From Catajapyx aquilonaris (lineage: Eukaryota), in NCBI GenBank assembly GCA_000934665.2, contig JYFJ02004357.1, forward strand, positions 1 through 32,665: a stretch of 32,665 nt of DNA. The letters run 5' to 3'. Positions 11,801 to 21,174 of this stretch are shown here, one piece after another. The translations under genes and the position numbers were made by a program. Numbering within the stretch: the stretch's first letter is position 1; the number at the start of each line of letters is the position of its first letter. A model generated the notes under the pieces. It did no database searches. It was not told the origin of the DNA and worked only from the letters and a program-made list of their open reading frames with translations.

Positions 11801-14489
11801 TGCAGTTACTAATGGTACAGTGTTGGACATTAATCGAGGCATACTGCTAGGGCATTTTCTGAAGCGGCAGGAGAAGGAACCGAAGATAAGGATATTGCAA
11901 GTCGGGCGAGCAAGATTCCTTCTTCTGCCGCTTTGGAAAATGTCGCTAGCAGTACGCCTCGATTAATGTCCAACACTGTACCATTATCCTACATATGTAT
12001 CTTACATACAGTGCCAGTACATAATATGTGGGCAACATGTTTTATGTTGGGAAAAGTTTTGGATGCATATATTCTTTTACTATGCATCATCTGCACCAGC
12101 AAGATGAATTATTTACAGTGATAGGTTGCATTTGTGGAAAAATAAATAAATTTGGACTCAGAATTCATTGGAGAAAATGTGTCTGAAACAGAATGTTGAA
12201 CGGAGATGTCAGGGCAGACTTGACTCCTGCAGCACCTGCGCTGGTCTTTTATCAAACAATGCATCCTTCCAGGAATGTTGTGCATGTGTGTGTTTAATTT
12301 ATTTGCATTTTTGTTTCTTTTTGTTTGGTCGACACAACAGCCAGTTCCTGAGCAACAAAGCTTAGATGACGCTATAGGGCTTCTCAGAGATCATGCAGAG
12401 GTAATTATAGTTGTTTTTGCTGTCAAGTGACAGCATTAACTCTGCTGCATGTTTTTTAAACGTTCCGAAACTCTTGACATCCGAATAAGCCAGTATTAGA
12501 TGTGGTGATAAAAATGAGTTGTGCATCTTGTGTCTTCATATTATTCAGCTACTATGATTTTTTCCCTGTTTACTGCATGAATTGTTGAAGTGTGTCAGGA
12601 GAAGTGAGAATTCTCCATCTTACCACGATGCAGCTGATATGTATGAAGAGGTTCAGGTCACATGTGTTGCACACTGTCTAACTAGCTCTTGACACCAATA
12701 GTAAGGAGCACCTGTGATTCCAGGGGACACGCATGGAGGAGGAACGACTAGATGATGCCATTAATGTCCTGCGCAACCATGCAGAGAGCCCTCATCAAGT
12801 GGCAGCAGCTGTAGCAGCGTCTCTCCATCACCATCAGGTAGGTTCGCAAAAAAGTGTAAGGGTTGCTTGTTGTACCACAATTAACGATGGCAACACTAAT
12901 GTTCCTGCAGGGCCATGCCCACCCCCACCCTCATGGCCACCATCACCACCTGCAGCAGGCACATTCCAACGGCATCTTGGTGGCTCCCTACCATTCGGCT
13001 GGGCTCGACACGCACCACATGGTATTCGTTGTTTCTGGCCATGTAACCATCCTTGTCCCCTGTCTTGGTTCCACTCGTTCTGTATTTTGTTGCCTGCCTG
13101 CAGTGGACGTTTCTGTCCTTCTTTCGTTTTTCTTTTTAAACGAGCCACCTGCCAGTCTGCTGTGTATTTTGAAGTTTTGGTGCATGATTCACATGGCCAT
13201 TGTGTGGGAGTAGTGATTTATTTCTCTGGTGTTAGTCTTGTTTCCAACACTGCATGTCCAGCATGGTTATCCATCTGGTGACCCTAACAACCCAACCTTA
13301 TTCCTGGAGGTGTGCTGTATATTTCACAGTTGAGCGCTTGGCCTGAAAATTGATTGATAGTGTTTAATTGCATCTCTCTGTGCTTTCAGCCTAGCCCTGG
13401 GGGCACTTCAAGTGCAAGCTTCACGGGACTAGCTCCACCACCACCACCACCACCTCATTCAGCATCTCAAGCAGCTGATACCACCTCCAGCACAAGTGAA
13501 GGAGGACCCTCTAAATTGGAGCAACGGCCAGGTGGAGGAACCAGTAAGTCAACTTTGGTGTGAATGATCTTGCACTTAGAGGATAGCTGGCTTGACTCAG
13601 GTAGTTTCCCCCCCTCCAGAGAAGCGAAAGGAACCACCCGATGCCTCACTCAAGTCAGAATCGCAGCAGCTGGGAAGTGGAAGTGGAAGTAATGATGATG
13701 GAAGTGGAGGCAGTGGAGGGAACCCCTCTGCTGGCTCCTCTTCCACTGTGCCATCCAAAAGTACAAAGAGATCTCGCCGGTAGTAAGTTGCTATTGTCTT
13801 TGGTTTGTGTAGTGGTATCCCCACTTGTTAACAGAAAGGCAGCTGACGGTTGTCTGGGCGTTAAATAGCGATCTTGCTTCTAGTGCTGACGAGGAAGAAG
13901 ACCCTGAGATCAAGGCACAGAGGGAGAGAGAAAGGAGGCAGGCTAATAATGCGCGGGAAAGGTGAGAAAGTGTCTAAAAGGGTAAGATGTAATGTGGCTA
14001 ACCCCATTCCTCCTTAGGATAAGAATCCGAGACATTAATGAAGCCCTGAAGGAGCTGGGAAGGATGTGCATGCAACACCTCAAAACAGACAAGCCTCAGA
14101 CCAAACTGGGCATTCTCAATATGGCTGTCGAGGTCATCATGCAACTGGAACAGCAAGTCAGAGGTGAGTGTAGTTGGTTTTATGGCATGGGACATTCATT
14201 ATAGGACATTATTAATATTATGCACCTCCCACAGAGCGGAATCTCAATCCCAAGGCTGCTTGCCTGAAACGTAGGGAGGAGGAGAAGGCCGAAGATGGAC
14301 CCAAGATGGCACCACACCATTTGGGCCATCCGCCACCACCACCACATGTAGGAGCCACCTTTGGTTCTGTGCCCGTAAGTGTTAGTAGTTGAGAGGCAGG
14401 TGGCTTCCAGGTGAGCTTGTGACTAATGCCCTCTCTCCCATTTGCAGACTGCGCAACAACCCCCTGTGCCACATGGCCAGCCGCAGTAG
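2775..14489 (+). CDS. da: Daughterless / class I bHLH E-protein (TCF3/TCF4/TCF12 family), 5'-partial, spliced. Exons: 2775-2871, 2935-3158, 3234-3548, 8168-8359, 12341-12400, 12724-12837, 12911-13021, 13390-13543, 13620-13782, 13869-13961, 14018-14163, 14235-14374, 14448-14489
   Basis: Spliced translation gives E-protein hallmark motifs: [15 protein letters not shown]...[24 protein letters not shown], b[80 protein letters not shown]. All introns are GT-AG and the phases are compatible (1851 nt, stop TAG 14487-14489). No N-terminal start exon recognised in the window. Confidence 0.95.
2935..3158 (+). CDS. da: da exon (DSGSG...SSDPWSG...HEPM)
   Basis: Acceptor aaacag, donor ATG|GTGAGT, SDPWS motif typical of E-proteins, in frame with neighbouring exons. 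Confidence 0.8.
3234..3548 (+). CDS. da: da exon (GYVP...[10 protein letters not shown]...[12 protein letters not shown])
   Basis: Conserved LPPMSSF and [12 protein letters not shown] motifs, acceptor tgtgtcag, donor TCG|GTAAAT. Confidence 0.92.
4394..5112. mobile_element. hAT-like non-autonomous DNA transposon (MITE)
   Basis: TIR CAGGGGTGGCCAAAC / GTTTGGCCACCCCTG, 8-bp TSD CAATATGA/TAATATGA (7/8), subterminal AGAGCC repeats. Confidence 0.85.
5191..5299. mobile_element. Small MITE-like element
   Basis: Inverted ends GGGGTAACCACT / AGTGGTTACCCC and internal GGAACC repeats. No clear TSD. Confidence 0.5.
5621..5853. mobile_element. MITE with perfect 13-bp TIRs
   Basis: CAGGGGTCGAATT / AATTCGACCCCTG flanked by direct GTATAG on both sides, with several internal GGAGTGCAAA repeats in both orientations. 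Confidence 0.82.
8168..8359 (+). CDS. da: da exon ([27 protein letters not shown]...DRTLHM)
   Basis: Acceptor ttttccaatag. IYS...[10 protein letters not shown] is the motif that follows ALAS in E-proteins. 192 nt, phase 0/0. Confidence 0.92.
11818..11978. mobile_element. Tc1/mariner-type fold-back MITE
   Basis: TA|CAGTGTTGGACATTAATCGAGGC... / ...GCCTCGATTAATGTCCAACACTG|TA with ~60-bp imperfect inverted arms. Confidence 0.85.
12341..12400 (+). CDS. da: da 60-nt candidate cassette exon ([20 protein letters not shown])
   Basis: Long U-rich tract then caacag acceptor, GAG|GTAATT donor, phase 0/0. The peptide is a clear paralog of [13 protein letters not shown] in the next exon. Confidence 0.85.
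12724..12837 (+). CDS. da: da exon carrying the loop-helix/AD2 motif ([21 protein letters not shown]...)
   Basis: Acceptor gattccag, donor CAG|GTAGGT, conserved LDDAI.VLRNHA. Confidence 0.93.
12911..13021 (+). CDS. da: da His-rich exon ([21 protein letters not shown]...)
   Basis: Acceptor ttcctgcag with ctaat branch point, donor ATG|GTATTC, phase 0/0. Confidence 0.8.
13390..13543 (+). CDS. da: da exon ([10 protein letters not shown]...PPPPPPP...GGT)
   Basis: Acceptor tgctttcag, donor A|GTAAGT, phase 0/1. Confidence 0.82.
13620..13782 (+). CDS. da: da exon (KKRKEPPD...KSTKRSRRY), NLS-like basic patches
   Basis: Acceptor ccccctccag, donor TA|GTAAGT, phase 1/2. Confidence 0.82.
13869..13961 (+). 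CDS. da: da exon, acidic patch plus bHLH basic region ([28 protein letters not shown]). Alternative acceptor at 13884
   Basis: Canonical E-protein basic region, donor AG|GTGAGA. Confidence 0.92.
14018..14163 (+). CDS. da: da exon, HLH domain
   Basis: [17 protein letters not shown]...[24 protein letters not shown], acceptor cctccttag, donor G|GTGAGT. Confidence 0.96.
14235..14374 (+). CDS. da: da exon, C-domain ([18 protein letters not shown]...)
   Basis: Highly conserved E-protein C-domain, acceptor cccacag, donor CCC|GTAAGT. Confidence 0.95.
14448..14489 (+). CDS. da: da terminal coding exon ([13 protein letters not shown])
   Basis: Branch point ctaat and acceptor ctctctcccatttgcag, in-frame TAG. 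Confidence 0.75.
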   Translation, partial: TAQQPPVPHGQPQ

Positions 14490-16734
14490 CAGCGGAAGCG
14501 AAGTGTCGTTTCCAGTGACTATCAATTCAACTTCCGTTGCGGCTTCCCAAACGTTTCCTGTGCGGTGGAGGAGGACGGACCGTGGAGGTTGGGTGAAAGA
14601 CCCAAACGACGACGGCCGATGACGTTGTGTACAGAAGGGCCCATAGACTTTAATCGGACGGCGGCATGAAGACAGAATGGCTTTCATAGCCCCGCTCGGT
14701 GCACCGCTTGCGTTTCGTCGTGCCGCCGGTGGCCGAGGTAGCTTTTCCCTCCCCCTCACCCCCTTATTATTATAATTTTTTTTCTGGTTAGATGCGGCAG
14801 CAGTATCGTTATTTTATAGTTTTTAGATCACCTTTACTTGTGTTTCTTCTTTCGTTGCATAATCACTGAAGGTTGTAAGCTGCATCTATAGCGGGTGTGA
14901 ACCCGCAAGATTCCTCATGATACGGAGAAAAAAAAACTTTCCTCTTTGAGAGTAGGTTACTTTTTACCAACAGGGGCATTCTTGTTCCGCTACTTTTTAT
15001 GTGCAGCTTGTTTTCATAATGAGAGTATTAAATCGACTTGTTTTGGATGCCATCTGGTTGGTTCGTTTCGGGGCCTCGGGCGGGGATGGACGGACGGACA
15101 GACAGACAGCAATGACGGTGCGCTAGATTTAAACCGTTTACCTCCTGTAATTCAATAGAGATTTTGAATCTTTGTAATTTAAGCTATATCTCTGCACATA
15201 TAGCTCATTAGCATTTACCTCCCATTCTTCCTTTCCCTCCATACCATCCCTTCCCATCCAACTACCTACTCCTGCCCCTCCCTCTCTCCCCACCCCTCCC
15301 CCCCACCCCCGAAAATAATGTCATAGCCCCTGGAATAGGTTATCACGATGAATTGGCTTCCATGGAATCATTGCCTTGTCAGCAGCTGTTTGCTGAAAGA
15401 TTCATACTATAAATGTGTTGGTTAACAGCACTTCTATCATGCCTTGTTACAAATGTACAAGAATGGCAGTTATGGGTTGAATACACCATCTTTTAGGTTT
15501 TCTTTTGGATGGATGGAGTAAAATCCCACTGGAAAATAAGGTAAATAAATGTGCCATTTTTCCATAACGCCCCCACGGCCTTTATTGCCCGTAGCCCAAC
15601 ATAGCCTAGGCAAGTGCCACTTGGTTGTCCCACATTTCTTCCATATTGTGAATTTTATCAAATTTTTTTTCCCACTATTTTATTCGAAGTGTATGGATGG
15701 GTGGGCATGAAGGATTAGAATAGGTGCAAAGTGAATGATATTCCAAGCGAATATGTCGCTTGAAAGAATCCACAGAGATGAGTGGGTGTTCATCCATTAG
15801 ATAATTGTTTCAAAAGTGGCATCGACATTGCAGGGCCAAGATGGGGGAGTGGAGCTGAGTTATGCAATTGTTGCTCAAAAGCCAGTTTTTTAATTTATTG
15901 GTGTTTATCTTTGATTTGGCATTGCATGGATAGCGTCATGGAAGAAGATTGCACATATTCCCACTTTGGATAAGTACGGCATTGTTGTTGGACCGTTTTT
16001 TGAATGCAACTTGGTGAAATAAAATGTGCCACATTTTTTACAAACATTGTTAGTGTGGGAATATTGCCTTGCCAGAAGGCTTGGAACAAGTAATTATAAC
16101 TGCATTGGCAGCTGCTTCTACGAGGGAGAACATGTCACTACGCTACGCATCAGTGCTTCATGGAGGTGACCCCTATTGTAGAAAAGCATCAGGTACTGAG
16201 AATGCATGAAGATGCACTACTTGTTATCCTGAAGGAACAGTATGTGGGTCTGAAAAATTGATAAATATGCTGGATGCTGTCAAGGGTATTAGAAACAAAT
16301 TAAACATATCACAATGTTAATATTTTCATCTCTAAAATTTGTTACACACCAAGTCCAGTATCACTCAAGGCAAGACTTGCTTATCAATCATCATGCAGTG
16401 TAATCTGATGAACAGGAGGAAATAATGTGTTTCATGGTGTTCAGAAGACAATGCAGTCACGCAGTAATCTTGCTGAGTCATGTCAAGAATTTTACGCAGA
16501 ATTTCAATCTTTGTGACACCTGATGTAGCCGGTTTCAGTTTCCATGTACATCTGAGAAGGTCTACTTTATCGGTGCAGGTAAGTATGTCTGATGACCAAG
16601 GCTTACTTTGCTTTCATTTCAATATTATTAGAAGGAAGGTAAACTATGCAGCAGACCCAATGTGTATGGGATTGAAGGCATTCTTTCAAATGCAGAAAAC
16701 TAGGTTATCTTGCTAACAAATAATAATAATATGT

Positions 16735-17030
16735 TTTTTTATATTTTTTTATTTATTGTTACCCCGTGCTCGAGCCATTCGGCTCGTTTTGGGGGGAGGG
16801 GAAGGTTTCCCAGGGGCGGTTCCTTGGTTTATAGTCACTCACAACTCTCTCGGATACACCAGACTTTTTCTCTGGCCCCGGGCAGCTAAGGGAGTGCAAT
16901 GCTGCCCCGGCGTGTCGGGTGAAAAGCGGAAAAAGACCCAGCCAAGCAGAGGTGACGGGGACGGGATTTGAACCCCGGCCTCCCGCTTGGCTAGCCAGTG
17001 GCGTAACCACTAGACTACCATGCCGCCCTT
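16735..17030 (-). mobile_element. tRNA-derived SINE (family A, copy 1)
   Basis: Minus-strand tRNA head with A box (TAGTCTAGTGG) and B box (GGTTCAAATCC), A-rich tail, 17-bp TSD AAATAATAATAATATGT at 16718-16734 and 17031-17047. A homologous copy lies at ~24.5-24.9 kb. Confidence 0.9.
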
Positions 17031-17093
17031 AAATAATAATAATATGTCCTCTGTTTCTTCTGTATCTGCAGGGTACACTTTCATGCGAAGATT

Positions 17094-17678
17094 CTGACAA
17101 GGGAAGGTCACAGGGTGATAATGACGGATCTTGATGAAATTTAACATGCTAATACAGGACAATATATGATCCCCAAAAATGAAATATTTCGTGCGGAGGC
17201 CCATATTTGCAAAAGTTATGACGTCTTAAAGTTAAAAAAAACAACATTTCTATTGAGTTCATAATGGGATTACATTAGCGACCACATATAAGACCACATT
17301 GAAGTGTGTAATCAGTTTCTACACTTTGTCTCATCGGAAAAAAAGTCCTTCATAACGGCTCTGTATCTCTTACGGTTTAGGCCTTGATACCTGTCCACAG
17401 ACGGACGGACGGACAGAGCCGTTCTGTAGCACTTTTTTCCGATGAGAAAAGGTGTAGAAACTGATTACACACTTCAATGTCATTATATGTGGTCGCTAAT
17501 GTAATCCCATTATGAATGAAAATGTATTATTTTTGGAACTAAGACGTCATAACTTTTGCAAATATGGGCCTCCGCATGAAATATTTCATTTTTGGGTATC
17601 ATAATTATATTGTCCTGTATTAGCATGTTAAATTTCATCAATATCCGTCATTATCACCCCGTGACCTTCCCTTGTGAG
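17094..17678. mobile_element. Fold-back element with ~270-bp inverted arms
   Basis: CTGACAAGGGAAGGTCAC... / ...GTGACCTTCCCTTGTGAG. Arms 17094-17364 and 17413-17678. The 48-nt spacer contains (ACGG)n. Confidence 0.85.
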
Positions 17679-18288
17679 ATATACCACTTGATTGCTTAAC
17701 ATTCCCTATTCCCCCCACCCAAGTGCCACGTTTCATCTGCACTTTTTCTATAGATGTAATATAATAGTCCTGTAAGGAGCTTAGTCACCTGTGAGATGTG
17801 CAAAATATGTTAAAAGTTGTTACATGATTCCTCCAGAATGATTTCTGGGAGGATTTTCCACGTGTCCTGGGAGTGTCAGCATGCTGGCTTCATAGATATA
17901 CTGTCTCTCTCTTTCACATGACTCCTTTTGATCTGTTTACAAATTCATGTCAGCAGTGAGAGTCTTAAAAACTGTAAGATGCACTGAGGTAATGCAAGTG
18001 AACTGCGAGTCCATGTGTGCATCAGAGTCAATCACTTACATGGTAAATAGTGTTCTGGTAGTCTGAGAGCTACTCTGCCTTCCCCACAGCTAATTTCTTC
18101 CACACACATGTCATTATGCCCCTAATCTCTTCATGTTAGACTTGGGATAGCTGGTAATAATAATCTGGGTAGGCTTTCACTGTCAGGCATATTACATGGA
18201 CCTTGATTAATGACTTTGTACCCAGGCACCAATATTCATGTAGTAGGTGCACACTGAGAAACATTACACAGCTGATGAGAGTCATCAG

Positions 18289-18515
18289 CAGTGCCGGATT
18301 TACCATTAGGCAGAAAGGCAATTGCATAGGGGCGGCTGCAAAAAAAACAACAACTGGGATATAATTTAAAAAACAACAACATAAATTTACATAAAAGAAA
18401 GAACACAAGAGAAAAATTGAATTTGTAAGGGGCATATGGGGGAGGAGGGGTGGATCTTACGAGCCTAAGGGCGGCTGGGGGGGGGGGGTGTATATCCGNT
18501 GTATATCCGGTGCTG
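18289..18515. mobile_element. hAT-like MITE
   Basis: Imperfect TIR CAGTGCCGGATTTA / TATATCCGGTGCTG and perfect 8-bp TSD GTCATCAG (18281-18288, 18516-18523). Confidence 0.85.
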
Positions 18516-20988
18516 GTCATCAGTTATTTGCGACTTGGCGAATGCATCCAGGCATGTGTCTCTTTCATTCCCAATTGCAGGTGCCTAAGAAAGCAATAGT
18601 TTTATTTGGAGCAATTGTAATAATGGAATTAGTGATGCTGTTGGAGATTTCATCCATTGTTTTAACAAATTTGCGCAACGTTATTCCAAAGTTTTTGAAA
18701 AAGCCTGCGCCTGAGAGAGAGTCAAATACATTTAAAACTTATAAAACACTTCTGCTGCAACATGTGTTGGGTGGGAAATATTTTCTACCTTTACTTGGAC
18801 CTGAACTTACTGTAGTTTGAGTTAGGAGTATGCCTGCAGAGTGAAGAGGTCAGCTGGACTACGACTGGACTGGTGTTCTTGTAGTAATTTTTTGAAAACT
18901 TAACTAGTAGTTGGTGAGGCTTAGTGTGAGCTCTTTATCCTGAAATTAGGTCATGGTCGCCAATATATATTTTATTTACAGAATTATTGTGCACAAAAGA
19001 CAACAACAAAAAGACTGAAGCCAGAAAAGGTGTTGGGCTTATTTTTAAAATCCCTTTTTGTAGTTTAAGATGTCATGTTTTTCTTACAATCATTGCATGA
19101 CAAGAGCTGGGAATGAAACCGTGTTTATTGTTTACATTTGCTAAGGGAAGATCACTTATGGACACTTATACTGACACATGGTGTGTTTGACATCAGCTGG
19201 TATGTTACTACCCTATGAGGAAAATGCCCAATGTGAGGAAATAAATAAGGAGGCTATATTATAGATGAGCTATGTTGTGATTATGAGATCAATGACATTA
19301 AAAAAAAAACAGACACCGTACTGGTAGACATCCATCTGGAGTTTATATAAACTTATTTTATGACTATGTAAATGTCACATTGACAAATAGACAAAATTCC
19401 AATGTTAAATGATGAACATTCACTTGATCACTGCACATTTAGGAACATATTCACTGAACATTAGTGTGTTACGGGCTGGTACGGTGATCCCTGCGTATCA
19501 TGCCTGAAACGGTGCGGCGAAGGGTCCATTTTGGTCCTGCCACTCGTATCAACCCCATTTGGACCATGAGTAAAGAGGACACTTGTTGGGATACTTATGT
19601 TTTACTAGTTTTATTTGTAACCACATCTGCATGCTGTTCACACTCATTAATTTGACAACCTTATAAACCGTCTAATCATTTGTATCAGTACTCGTACGAT
19701 TGCTACGAAGTGATGTACCATTACTAAATCATTTGCATCAAATCTCCAGGAAGTAAACTGGTATGGTCAGATTGAAGGGTTACGTGCTTTGCATAATAAT
19801 TATTTTTGTCGGCTTCTCAAAAGCTGTACGTAAGCCGTACTTTAGATATTTCCAACACTGCGACTCTAGCGCCATCTTGTATCTAGAATTTGTAACACCA
19901 CAGCCCGAGAGCCGTTTGTTTTTTCCGTACTTTCACGTAGAGGGCAGCATCATCAGCTAAAAGTTGCTACCAAAAAGCTGCTTTCTTCTTCCAATCATCA
20001 TTAGTTACCCAATTAACACATACCAATTTGGGCAAGAACCTGTAACCAAACACGTTACACACACATATATCAGCTCATACTAGCTCCCACAATAGATCAC
20101 AATAGTCATAGCTAAATACTACAATCATACTAACATACAGCATACCATATTTTCTATAACTGTTATTATAATTGCGAGTATTAGCTGCTTACTCTGGTGG
20201 TTCCTAAGCAGCTTAAGTAAGCAGCGACGTTGGCTGCCGTGCATCAGAGCAACAAGTTGCTGAAAGTTGTATTAGATTTTTGGCTAACATTTTCAGGGCG
20301 AAATGGACCGAGGTTTGTGGGTACCGGAGGATCTAGCAAGTTGGAGGTGATGGGTGGACGGCCTGATCCGCCGATTGGCAGCGATGCTGTCATGTTAGGA
20401 ATTCCAAGAGAGGTAGCTGGTTATCCTTGGGCTGCTCAACTACTCATTTCGTGTACACCTTTTTCCGTACAGGAAGCACAGCAGGATAACAGTGTGGTTT
20501 GGACAATGTTTGGGGTGATTGGTTGAATCACTGTCCGTTGGGAATGGGTAACCTTTTTGATGTTGACGCAGAGGGTGTTGATGAGACGCTTGTCAGATTA
20601 AGAATTTTTAAGTTGGGTCGGAACACCTTGCGTTACTTGACCTGCATGTGTTGGAGATACGATTTTCTTCTGGATGAACTGAAAGAAGCTATGTGACTAA
20701 AAGTGTATTAGAGAATGTTGGAACAAGTATGATGGTTCATTTTTTTCATTGCATGCATATTAATATAAGTGATTTTTCAGGAATATCCCAATGGGACTTA
20801 GTATGAGGACCTGCCGTGATGGACCAGCACTTGGAAATGTTGGACGAGACTGGGAGCAGTACAGGTGACCCTCCAAACAACATTGTTTTGGAACTTGTGG
20901 TTTGTGGTATGTGTTGTTTTCGACAAAAGTTAGTTGAGGTACGTAACCTTTGTGTGGTACAGTGCTGGACGTATTAGCAGTCCCTAAA

Positions 20989-21174
20989 TGTTTACTTGGT
21001 TGCCAGGTAACTCCAGCATCGCCAATGCCGAAAAATAAACATTTAGGACTGCTAATACAGTGCAGAAAACGAAACGGTAATCTGACATCATCAAGGTTGC
21101 CATGGAAATACCCTCACAGTACAATATGAGTAAACAGTAGCAACAAAAGGCAGCAATGTAAGCAACGATGACGT
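20989..21174. promoter_or_regulatory. Cluster of RFX X-boxes and forkhead sites, candidate promoter of the XKR gene
   Basis: GTTGCCAGGTAAC (20999-21011), GTTGCCATGGAAAT (21096-21109), TGTTTAC (20989), ATAAACA (21035), GTAAACA (21130), CCAAT (21022), TGACGT (21169). Confidence 0.55.

Noticed and set aside
13869..14163. Mutually exclusive E12/E47-style duplicate bHLH exon
   Set aside because: Only one bHLH copy is present and the flanking introns (56-86 nt) are too short to hide another.
16400..16430. Hammerhead-like CTGATGA...GAAA (also on the minus strand near 19931-19957)
   Set aside because: No pairing stems could be built around the core.
18489..18509. Tandem TGTATATCCG around a single N
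   Set aside because: Looks like a scaffold join or overlap artefact, not biology.
20230..20960. Coding-looking stretch upstream of the X-box cluster
   Set aside because: Stops interrupt the frames examined and no domain was recognised. It may be a decayed element but cannot be supported.
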